From Candidatus Micrarchaeota archaeon (GTDB taxonomy: Archaea > Micrarchaeota > Micrarchaeia > Micrarchaeales > CABMGC01): 64,000 bases of DNA. Both the position numbers and the translations under genes were made by a program. Under the pieces are notes generated by a model. It was not told where the DNA came from. It worked only from the letters and a program-made list of their open reading frames with translations, and ran no database searches. Each line of letters starts with the position of its first letter. The stretch's first letter is position 1. The stretch spans positions 8,798-72,797 of the forward strand of contig JAJZYR010000003.1 in assembly GCA_021797995.1 (NCBI GenBank), read 5' to 3'. Positions 29,700 through 37,193 of the stretch are shown in pieces.

Positions 29700-29812
29700 C
29701 GGGGTCGCCGAGACTTTCATAGGCTAAAGGAGCCTAATTTGAATTCCCGAAACGGATTCTCGGGTCATATGCTCCCTAAGCACATAGCCTTACCAAGCTA
29801 GCAGACGACCCC
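29700..29812 (-). tRNA. tRNA-Pro-like gene (anticodon read as AGG) with about 39 extra nt in the T-arm (putative non-canonical intron(s))
   Basis: Minus strand: GGGGTCG TC TGCT AGCTTGGTAA GGCT A TGTGC TTAGGGA GCATA TGAC CCGAG [46 nt containing TTCAAAT] CTCGG CGACCCC G. Acceptor stem pairs 7/7, T-stem 5/5 and anticodon stem 5/5 (one G-U). A TATA box lies about 30 nt upstream. Not a canonical contiguous tRNA. Confidence 0.5.
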
Positions 29813-29836
29813 GCACTTTATTGCTTGGTAGAGGTT

Positions 29837-29847
29837 CTTTTTATACC
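29837..29847 (-). promoter_or_regulatory. TATA box (GGTATAAAAAG on minus strand) upstream of the tRNA-Pro-like gene and rps2
   Basis: Immediately after the rpoN stop. Its centre is about 30 nt from position 1 of the tRNA-like sequence. Confidence 0.5.
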
Positions 29848-29848
29848 T

Positions 29849-30049
29849 TTACCTGCGGCCATAACTTATTATATTATCTATGAGCTCGACATTGCCGATG
29901 AACATCCTGCGGCAGCAGTACCTCTTAATGCCCATCGAGTCAAGAACCTTTCCCGGTTCTTCCTTGTCGACGTTTACGCGCTTTGCATACTCCTCCCACC
30001 TGTCCGCCACTACCTGGCCGCAGGAAAAACACCTTACCGGAATCATCAT
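29849..30049 (-). CDS. rpoN: DNA-directed RNA polymerase subunit N (Rpo10)
   Basis: 66-aa MMIPVRCFSCGQVV...KRYCCRRM zinc-binding pattern typical of RpoN/Rpb10. Confidence 0.92.
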   Translation of the reverse strand: MMIPVRCFSCGQVVADRWEEYAKRVNVDKEEPGKVLDSMGIKRYCCRRMFIGNVELIDNIISYGRR

Positions 30050-30068
30050 AGCAATCTACCAAATGCAA

Positions 30069-30614
30069 CTATCTGTACGATTTCTGGAATCTCGCGCGGG
30101 CCTTGGTGCCTAAGAACTTCTTCGGCTCAACCCTCCTGTAATCGTCGACTATCAGCGTCCTGTCATAGGCCATATAAGCCTGCCTGAGGGCCGGCGTGCC
30201 CGCTGCGGCGGAGAGCGCCTTTGCTATGGCACTCCTCACGGCCTGCGCCTGCCCGCTCCTTCCGCCACCGTACACGTTTACCGAGATGTCTGAATTATTC
30301 ATTATCGAAGCCGCCTGCTGCGAGATCCTGGCTGGCTCCAGCATGAGCTCCCTCAGTATGTCAGGCATGATCTTGTTCACGTCCACGCCGTTGATGAGCA
30401 CAATACCGCTACCCTGCGTAAGAGAGGCCCTCGCCACAGCCCTCTTCCTCTTGCCCTTGGTCATTATCGCCTCCTTCTTAGCCTGCGCACGGCGGACTCC
30501 GGCAGCCTTCGACCCGGAGACCCTGACCCTCTTCTGCTTCTGCACTGCCTTCGGCTGATAGAGCGCCTCGAGCTCCTTGTCGAGATTTCCTGTTCCCTTT
30601 GAGTCAGCAGCCAT
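30069..30614 (-). CDS. rps9: 30S ribosomal protein S9 (uS9) with about 50-aa Lys/Ala-rich N-terminal extension
   Basis: The C-terminal 130 aa (TKGKRKRAVARASL...GTKARARFQKSYR) are canonical uS9. Start at 30614 is 4 nt from the rpl13 stop, supporting the extension. Confidence 0.88.
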   Translation of the reverse strand: MAADSKGTGNLDKELEALYQPKAVQKQKRVRVSGSKAAGVRRAQAKKEAIMTKGKRKRAVARASLTQGSGIVLINGVDVNKIMPDILRELMLEPARISQQAASIMNNSDISVNVYGGGRSGQAQAVRSAIAKALSAAAGTPALRQAYMAYDRTLIVDDYRRVEPKKFLGTKARARFQKSYR

Positions 30615-30618
30615 ACAA

Positions 30619-31050
30619 TCATCCTCTGTATCCGAGTTTCCTTGAAAGTTCGCCCACCGTCATCACCGCCTGGTAAATCTCCGAGGGCCGCTTCGATTCC
30701 ACCACCGCGAGCTGCGCATTCTTGAATTCCTCAGGAACGCCTATGTAGACCCTGAGGTTCTTGAAGGCCGCCTTGCCCCGCGGCATCTTGTACGGCAGCA
30801 TGCCTCGTATCACCCTCTTGACGAAGAGGTCCGGCCGCCTGGACCAGTAAGGCGAATGCTCCGGATTCGCCTTGTCCTTGAGCTCGACCAGGCGCTTGTA
30901 CTTCGCGATCAGCCCGGCCTGGCTTCCGCTTATCGAGATCCTCTCGGCGTTAAGCAGCACGACGCTCTTTCCGTCGAGCAGCTGCTTTGCCACATGGCTG
31001 CCAATCCTGCCAAGCACCCTGTCGCTTCCGTCTATCACATAATCTGCCAT
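30619..31050 (-). CDS. rpl13: 50S ribosomal protein L13 (uL13)
   Basis: 143-aa ORF with VIDGSDRVLGRIGSHVAKQLL...RGMLP uL13 pattern. Confidence 0.9.
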   Translation of the reverse strand: MADYVIDGSDRVLGRIGSHVAKQLLDGKSVVLLNAERISISGSQAGLIAKYKRLVELKDKANPEHSPYWSRRPDLFVKRVIRGMLPYKMPRGKAAFKNLRVYIGVPEEFKNAQLAVVESKRPSEIYQAVMTVGELSRKLGYRG

Positions 31051-31059
31051 AAAAATAAC

Positions 31060-31410
31060 CTATATGATTACCCGTACCCCGTCCCGTTTCATCATCTCTT
31101 CAAGGCCAAGCACCTTGCCATTCGCGCCGATTATCTTCTCCCTTGCTCCGGCGGAGTATTCCACTGCAGCTATGTTCAGCCCTTTCCTTATGGCTCCGCC
31201 GCCGAGGACCTTCCCCGGAACGATGATGTTCTCCCCCTCTTTTCCAAACCGGTCGAGATCGGACAGGTTTACCTTTATCCTGCTTCTTCTGGGCCGCGAG
31301 GCCAGCGAGTGAACGTACTTCCAGAGCCCCGCATTCTTTCCGTCCGGTCCCGCCCTGCTCAGCTCCTCGATCCAGCGCCCCGTGCTGCTCTTCTCGACTT
31401 CTCGTTGCAT
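31060..31410 (-). CDS. rpl18e: 50S ribosomal protein L18e
   Basis: L18e/L15-like pattern in the operon position after rpoD. The track start 31425 would overlap the tRNA-Leu discriminator. The ATG at 31410 is preceded by GGTGAAAGGT (SD-like). Confidence 0.8.
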   Translation of the reverse strand: MQREVEKSSTGRWIEELSRAGPDGKNAGLWKYVHSLASRPRRSRIKVNLSDLDRFGKEGENIIVPGKVLGGGAIRKGLNIAAVEYSAGAREKIIGANGKVLGLEEMMKRDGVRVII

Positions 31411-31424
31411 ACCTTTCACCATCA

Positions 31425-31510
31425 TGCAGGGGGAGAGATTTGAACTCTCGCAAACACAAAGTTACTGACCCCTCAAGCCAGCGCATTTGACCAAGCTCTG
31501 CCACCCCTGC
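31425..31510 (-). tRNA. tRNA-Leu (anticodon GAG), class II with long variable arm
   Basis: Minus strand: GCAGGGG TG GCA GAGCTTGGTCAAA TGC G CTGGC TTGAGGG GTCAG TAACTTTGTGTTTGC GAGAG TTCAAAT CTCTC CCCCTGC A. Acceptor 7/7, T-stem 5/5, canonical T-loop, no encoded CCA. Confidence 0.88.
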
Positions 31511-31511
31511 G

Positions 31512-32102
31512 TCATTTAAGCTCCTTGTATACCTCTTTGAGGCTGTCGCTTATAATACCCAGCGCCTTAGCCAGTATCTCTGCAGGCGGCATCTGTCCAA
31601 ACGTCTCTATATAGAACTCAAATTCGCTGTCGGAAATTCCTTTGTAGGTTATAAGCCCGGGCTGGAACTTGGAGCTCCGTGCCCCGCTGCCCATCACGGC
31701 CTTGCCGTCAAGCCTGAGGGACTGGCCCGCGGCAAGCTTCATGAGCGGAATGCGCTCGTTTGCGACCTTTACCGACTTGTCATCGCTCTTGAGGTCCTTT
31801 GAGTATACGGTCGCAGGTCCTTCGGCACCGAGCGTGAAGAGGATCTCGTCCTTCTCGTCGTATCCCTTTGCAGGGGTCGTAAGCGGCACCAATCCTATTC
31901 TGTGCGCTATGTATTCGTCGAACATCGAGGTCGTGTTCTCGTAAAAGGTTACGCTATCCACTGCAAACGAGCTTACGCTGCCTGATGCCGCCCTCCTGAT
32001 CGTGTTAGCCACACTGTAGTTCGCGCCGCTAAGCCTGAAGCGCAAATGTGACGGCGTGCTCTCTATAACCTCCAACTTCACGGAATCAGCCAAAATCAGC
32101 AC
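31512..32102 (-). CDS. rpoD: DNA-directed RNA polymerase subunit D (Rpo3), short form
   Basis: 196-aa ORF whose NTIRRA, HRIGLVPL and dimerisation-domain pattern resembles RpoD/Rpb3. No Cys-rich Fe-S insertion is visible. Confidence 0.8.
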   Translation of the reverse strand: MLILADSVKLEVIESTPSHLRFRLSGANYSVANTIRRAASGSVSSFAVDSVTFYENTTSMFDEYIAHRIGLVPLTTPAKGYDEKDEILFTLGAEGPATVYSKDLKSDDKSVKVANERIPLMKLAAGQSLRLDGKAVMGSGARSSKFQPGLITYKGISDSEFEFYIETFGQMPPAEILAKALGIISDSLKEVYKELK

Positions 32103-32239
32103 TTAACGGGCTAATAGCAATAGAGATATGCCATGATAAGATATTTAAACCTGATATCGGGTCAGTCGCGTTCCACTATTCGGAAGCCGTAGCGACACAC
32201 AAAGCTCAAATACGTTACCGAAGTATAAATACAGGTATA

Positions 32240-32830
32240 ATGGGCAATCTATTGGATGCGTATCTGAAAGAGGCTTCAAAACCACAGTTCGGCAGCTCAA
32301 GGCTCGTGCTCAGCACGGGAAAGAGGCAGCATGCCTCCATCGCCATGGTAGAAGACAGGAGCCGCGAACTTGCGGAGAACCAGGCCATCAGCCAGGTATG
32401 CACGGAATCCTGCAGATATGTCCTTGCCAGAAACATAACATACGACTTCATAGTATCGGTCTACGACATCAGCAGCACTGCCGCCGTCATTGCCAGGCCG
32501 TCTATGTTGCTGAATGCTGCGGCAATAGCAAGGTTGCTGGCGCACCAGCCTGCTGGAATCTCCAGGAGCGTAGAAATAAGGATAATAGGCATGCAAAACG
32601 GCGCTACGGAACTTGCAGCTACGGCAACAGAAATACAGAAGAGGGCGCGAGGACTGCTTGCCGAGGTGGACTTATTCGGCAACGAGACAAGGAACATCGC
32701 GATAGACCTGAAGACCGGGACGAGCTACGACCTTCTCCTTAACAGCAGGATATACGGGCCTGCCGAGCTGATAAACAAACAGAGCCGGGCGGAGTTCGAC
32801 GCTACTAGGTCAGAGCTCGCTTTTGTGTAG
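32240..32830 (+). CDS. hypothetical protein
   Basis: 196-aa ORF with no recognisable motif. Its 3' end overlaps the convergent ligT by 21 nt. Confidence 0.4.
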   Translation: MGNLLDAYLKEASKPQFGSSRLVLSTGKRQHASIAMVEDRSRELAENQAISQVCTESCRYVLARNITYDFIVSVYDISSTAAVIARPSMLLNAAAIARLLAHQPAGISRSVEIRIIGMQNGATELAATATEIQKRARGLLAEVDLFGNETRNIAIDLKTGTSYDLLLNSRIYGPAELINKQSRAEFDATRSELAFV

Positions 32831-33337
32831 CTCCTCGTAGACCGAGCCATTAGGCGTCAGCGTGCTCGTCTTCAGCACGATGCTTCCTACCTCGAAGGAG
32901 CCGAAGTCGTAGTCCTCGTACTCGCTGGCGATCTCAAGGAACGCCTTCCTGTCCTGCATTCCCCTAATCCTGCCTATCGTTGCATGGGGAACGAAGCGCT
33001 CCGGATCTCCTATACCAAGCTTTCCAAGCAGTGCGTCGTGCACTTCCGTTATCCTCCCGGCGCCGTCAGAGATGCCGGCGTATATGACGCGTATGCGCCT
33101 CGGCTTGAAGTAGGAGATGCCGTGCACGCGCGCCTCGAACGAACTGCAGTGTATTCCGTCCATCGCCTTCGCTATCTCCGCCGCCATGCGCTCGCCAACC
33201 TCTCCGAAGAAGCCAAGCGTTATGTGGAGTGCCTCCCTCTTTACGAGCGTGACTCCCCTGAAGCTGAAGTATCTCGATGCGTCGATAATCCTGTCCTTGA
33301 CGGCGTCGGGGATATCAATCGCAGCGAAGGCCCGCAT
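32810..33337 (-). CDS. ligT: RNA 2',3'-cyclic phosphodiesterase / 2'-5' RNA ligase family (2H phosphoesterase)
   Basis: 175-aa ORF with the two H-x-T-x motifs (ALHITLGF and VPHATIGR). Confidence 0.85.
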   Translation of the reverse strand: MRAFAAIDIPDAVKDRIIDASRYFSFRGVTLVKREALHITLGFFGEVGERMAAEIAKAMDGIHCSSFEARVHGISYFKPRRIRVIYAGISDGAGRITEVHDALLGKLGIGDPERFVPHATIGRIRGMQDRKAFLEIASEYEDYDFGSFEVGSIVLKTSTLTPNGSVYEELHKSEL

Positions 33338-33374
33338 ATTATATAATCCTGCGTTTAATCTTTAAAGGATAACC

Positions 33375-33707
33375 ATGGCTACGTATGACGACTTCGCAAA
33401 GCTCGATATCCGCGTAGGTAGAATAACAGACGTCGAGGACCACGACAAGGCGAAGAAGCCGATGTACAAGGTCACGCTGTATTTAGGCCCTGAGCTTGGC
33501 ACGAGAACGGTGGTGGCGGGAATAAAGGCCCGGTATACCAGGGAAGAGTTGATAAACAAGAAGGTTGCCTGTATAGTAAACCTTGACCCGAAGACGATTG
33601 TAGGGGTTGAATCTCACGGCATGCTGCTGGCTGCCGGGGACGGCGCGCTTGCCCTTTCGCTGCTAACAGTCGACAGGGATGTAGCAGAAGGGAGCAGGAT
33701 AAGTTAG
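33375..33707 (+). CDS. stand-alone tRNA-binding domain protein (Trbp111/CsaA/EMAP-like OB fold)
   Basis: 110-aa ORF. FAKLDIRVGRITDVEDHDKAKKPMYKVTLYLG...VACIVNLDPKTIVGVESHGMLLAA matches the MetRS C-terminal/Trbp111 pattern. Confidence 0.8.
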   Translation: MATYDDFAKLDIRVGRITDVEDHDKAKKPMYKVTLYLGPELGTRTVVAGIKARYTREELINKKVACIVNLDPKTIVGVESHGMLLAAGDGALALSLLTVDRDVAEGSRIS

Positions 33708-33709
33708 GT

Positions 33710-34291
33710 GTGGAGATGATACTGGTTATCGTGGGTCTTCCAGGTTCCGGCAAGAGCACCGCCGTGCAGCTTCTTAAGGAGAATGGCTTTGAGGTAATAG
33801 AGCTCGGCGACATATGGAGGGAACTACTAAGGAAGCATAATATCCCGCGCAGCGATCCCAAGAAGACCCGCGAGTTTACTAAGCAGATAAGGGAGAGATA
33901 CGGCAAGGACATCTATGCAAGATATGCCTACAGAAAGGTAAGGAATTCCACAAAGCGGCTAGTCATAATGGGCGTCAGGAGCACATACGAGATGGACTAT
34001 CTAAGGAAGCATATAAAGGGGATCAAGGTCATAGCGATTACCTCTCCGTTTAGCTTGCGTTTCAGGAGGATCAGATCCAGGGCAAAGCCTGAGGATCCCA
34101 GGAACATCAAGGACTTCCGCTGGCTGGAAAATAGGGAGAAGCGTGGCTTCCTTACTGAGAAGAGCGAGGAGAAGCACGGCGTCATGGTGCTGATAAACGA
34201 TGCCGACTATGTGATTGCAAATACATCAAGCGTAGGCAGGCTCGAGCAGGATATGGAAAGCCTGATAAAGAAGATCCAGGCAAGCAGGTAA
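33710..34291 (+). CDS. P-loop nucleotide/dephospho-CoA-kinase-like protein (archaeal UPF0200-like)
   Basis: Walker A VGLPGSGKST at the N-terminus, about 190 aa. The listed start is GTG; an ATG follows at 33716. Confidence 0.6.
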   Translation: MEMILVIVGLPGSGKSTAVQLLKENGFEVIELGDIWRELLRKHNIPRSDPKKTREFTKQIRERYGKDIYARYAYRKVRNSTKRLVIMGVRSTYEMDYLRKHIKGIKVIAITSPFSLRFRRIRSRAKPEDPRNIKDFRWLENREKRGFLTEKSEEKHGVMVLINDADYVIANTSSVGRLEQDMESLIKKIQASR

Positions 34292-34375
34292 AGTCCAGGC
34301 ATGCCCAAGGAACAAGGAACATCGGCGAAGGAAACCGTTCCAATGCGGGTGGACTGGCAGCTCTTGCACGATGAG

Positions 34376-34414
34376 CGGGCAGGCATCTGGCTTGTAGCTC
34401 CGTATGCCTGCCCG
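34376..34414. other. strong hairpin (11-bp perfect stem CGGGCAGGCAT / ATGCCTGCCCG, 17-nt loop) in a 262-bp non-coding gap
   Basis: Read directly from the sequence. Lies inside the 34292-34553 intergenic region, which has no credible ORF. Confidence 0.5.
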
Positions 34415-34553
34415 AATGCCCGTTCTGACAACTGTTTACAGATACATCTCCACCACCCGCGGACACCCCCAAGGTCCAAACATAATATGAGGAAGGCCGG
34501 GATAAGCATGGCTGCAGCGCCCGTAACCCACCCAACACCGCGGGCAGCCGCAG

Positions 34554-34895
34554 TCATACGCTTATCTGGGCCACTCCCCTCATCACATACTGACCTGCCC
34601 CGGCGTTCCTCGCGCCTCTCCTTAGCACGTTTATCCCATCTTCTGTAAGCGTCAGCGGCCTGCTGCTCTCACCTTTCTCGGTGAAGTCAAGCAGCCCCTT
34701 CCCCTTGAGCTTCTTGAGCGTATACCAGATGCCGCTCTGCGAGGCGCCGTATGCCTCAGCTATGTATTCTACAAATTCAGTAGCTGTAGGAATCTGATCA
34801 AGGCCAATCTCGGAAAGGAGCACCGCCTCCTTCTCACTGACCCTTGGGTATTTCTTCCCAGCATCCTCGCTATATTCATATTTGACCACTTGCAT
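34554..34895 (-). CDS. winged-helix transcription regulator (MarR/ArsR-like)
   Basis: 113-aa ORF. FVEYIAEAYGASQSGIWYTLKKLKGKGLLDFTEKGESSRPLTLTEDG is a typical wHTH recognition helix plus wing. Confidence 0.65.
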   Translation of the reverse strand: MQVVKYEYSEDAGKKYPRVSEKEAVLLSEIGLDQIPTATEFVEYIAEAYGASQSGIWYTLKKLKGKGLLDFTEKGESSRPLTLTEDGINVLRRGARNAGAGQYVMRGVAQISV

Positions 34896-35150
34896 AAAGC
34901 ACCACCAACCTGGAAAAAATCGCAGGACTTTATGCAGCAGCCATATAGCAATATACTGTATTGCATATGTCTATGGCTGTAAACCTTGACACTACCAATG
35001 CCGGCATTCCTGCCCACATATGTACACCCCGCATCTGGTAAGTCATCTTCACAGCCCTTAAATTCTCTTCATCACTCTACCTCAGGTCAAGTATTTAAAT
35101 CTTTTGTACAAAGAACAGCATGTACATAATGAAAAACTGCCGGTCCATAA

Positions 35151-36050
35151 ATGGCGTGGGCCACCTTGTCAGGATTAGATAACATGCTGCTTGCCGATCT
35201 GCTCCGTATCTTAATCCTCGTCATCATAACGCTGGCGTACGCGCTCTTCGACATATTCAATAAGAGGAACGTGCCTAATTTATTCGCATACGCAACCATC
35301 GCCGTAGGCGTGCTGGTAGCCCTCACATACGGGGCAGGCACGGCCGCGTATGGCTTCCTAATTGCAATAATAGCTGCCGCGCTCGGATATCTGGCGTACA
35401 GGGCCGGGTTTCTCGGCGGCGGCGATGTCTTCGAATTCGCATTCATCGGGCTCGTACTTCCAATGCAAGCCATGCCCCTGCTTGCCAGCATCCCACAGTT
35501 CGGCCTTCCGTTCCTGCTCTCTGTTTTCATAGCAACGGGATATGCGACGATAATCTTTACCCCGCTGTATTACATAATTAAAGGAAAGAGGAAGCTCGGG
35601 CACAAAAAGCTTGAGGCAGACCGTAACAAGGCAATAGCTGGGTTTGTAATTCTGGCGATATACGCGGGTATGATACTGTTTACCAACTATAAGATACATT
35701 ACAGCCTGCTGGGCATGGCTATCCTGCTCCTTGCGGCAGTACCGTCTGCGGCAATACTTATTTACGAGAAGTACATATACGAGGGAATGATCCTCAGCGT
35801 ATACCCGTCAAAGCTTGAGGAGGGAGACATGATTGCAACGAACCTGATGAGCAAGGACGATATTGCATACTTCAGGGAAAGGTCAAGGCACTTCGGCAGG
35901 CTGGTGGACAAGAAGGTTCTTGCAAAGATAAAGGGCGCAAGAAGGAAACTTCCGGTGTACAAGAATGCGATACCACTGGCCCTCTTCGTCTTTATAGGGG
36001 TGGCAGTCTCGCTTGCAGTAGGAAATATCCTCCTCCTGGTCTTCTTCTGA
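35151..36050 (+). CDS. A24-family prepilin/preflagellin peptidase (FlaK/PibD-like)
   Basis: 299-aa multi-TM ORF with the two catalytic Asp contexts (LFDIFNKRNVPN and FLGGGDVFEF, a GxGD type). Confidence 0.75.
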   Translation: MAWATLSGLDNMLLADLLRILILVIITLAYALFDIFNKRNVPNLFAYATIAVGVLVALTYGAGTAAYGFLIAIIAAALGYLAYRAGFLGGGDVFEFAFIGLVLPMQAMPLLASIPQFGLPFLLSVFIATGYATIIFTPLYYIIKGKRKLGHKKLEADRNKAIAGFVILAIYAGMILFTNYKIHYSLLGMAILLLAAVPSAAILIYEKYIYEGMILSVYPSKLEEGDMIATNLMSKDDIAYFRERSRHFGRLVDKKVLAKIKGARRKLPVYKNAIPLALFVFIGVAVSLAVGNILLLVFF

Positions 36051-36152
36051 AGCGGCTTTGGGATGCGGATCAAATGCAGCAACGCAGTGCAATCAGCCAA
36101 CGCACACGAAACCTGTCCTTTCTGCCGTGGCATTTCCCGAAGAAGAGCGGGA

Positions 36153-37052
36153 TTATCCGACGCCAGCTCTTTGCAATGCCTCTAGATACCCACCAATCTC
36201 GCCATGATTCCGTATATACACCTTCTCGTCGACTATCGACTCTGTGCTCTCCTTAAATACAAAGGCCGGCGACTCGCCTTTGAAGACAGCATAATGTGGT
36301 AGCCCAGGCGGCACAACCAGCACGTCTCCCTTGTCTACTATGGTCTTCTGCATCTTCCCATTGCGTGGGTAAAACATCGAAAGCTTGCCTTTTATTGGGA
36401 TAAATATCTCATAAAGCCAATTATGGTAGTGGAAGTCCTGCCTGGAGTTTGAGTTCGAGGCTGATATAAACTGGTTCTCTGGGCCGAGAATGACACTTTT
36501 GCCACGGCTGATCGAGGGCAACATGCCCCCTCCCTCTGTTATAACGCGTTCTCCCCGCGTATTTTTCGGTATCATCATCAGCATGGGGTCCTCACCTGCC
36601 AAATGCGTGCTTATGTCCTCTAAAGTAAAACCAACCGGAGAGGCAACCGACATCTTTCCATGCCTGGCGTCATATTTCATCTTCAGTACATATATCCTGG
36701 AGCTAGATCCTGCCTGGTCTACCGTAACGGTGGTATTAGGTGGCACAATCGCGCCATTTACCGAGTCTATGGATCCCTTGCCTCTTCCAACGGCGCTATA
36801 AGAGATATTGACCCTGCGGTCAGTAAGTATCGTGGCACTGGTATTCCCTTCCGTCTCCATGCGTACAGGTTCGGCAGTCCTGTAAAAGACGCTCAAGTCA
36901 ATGCCATGCAATGCGAAATGCCTGCAATCACCCTCCTCCCTTCTCAGCTTCTCCAGAAGTATCGGCTCAATCCCAGTGCCCCCTGTGTTGCCATTCATTC
37001 CCTCCGTTAGGGCGTACTTAATAACCCGCCCCCTTACTATGGGTATAGGCAT
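36153..37052 (-). CDS. cupin-domain protein, sugar-phosphate-isomerase-like C-terminal cupin
   Basis: C-terminal FHYHNWLYEIFIPIKGKLSMF...GDVLVVPPGLPHYAVF follows the H-x-H...E...PP..H metal-site layout of cupin-type phosphoglucose/phosphomannose isomerases. N-terminal half unknown. Confidence 0.5.
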   Translation of the reverse strand: MPIPIVRGRVIKYALTEGMNGNTGGTGIEPILLEKLRREEGDCRHFALHGIDLSVFYRTAEPVRMETEGNTSATILTDRRVNISYSAVGRGKGSIDSVNGAIVPPNTTVTVDQAGSSSRIYVLKMKYDARHGKMSVASPVGFTLEDISTHLAGEDPMLMMIPKNTRGERVITEGGGMLPSISRGKSVILGPENQFISASNSNSRQDFHYHNWLYEIFIPIKGKLSMFYPRNGKMQKTIVDKGDVLVVPPGLPHYAVFKGESPAFVFKESTESIVDEKVYIRNHGEIGGYLEALQRAGVG

Positions 37053-37193
37053 TGTAGCATCAAGCAGGCATCTGCATCAGAACATACCCATCAATCCTAT
37101 AAATACATTTGCTTATGCACCTGCCGTCCGCCATCTGTAACTTCGCTGCAAGCCAATGCGACGGCTTATGCCTTCAGCGGCAGTAATTCCATT

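Noticed and set aside
34480-34500. GAGGAAGGCCGGG resembles the RNase P RNA CR-I motif GAGGAAAGUCCGG.
   Set aside because: It is one base short with a substitution, and no matching P4 3' strand (CCGGCCTT-like) lies downstream. An RNA of RNase P length would also run into the wHTH coding region.
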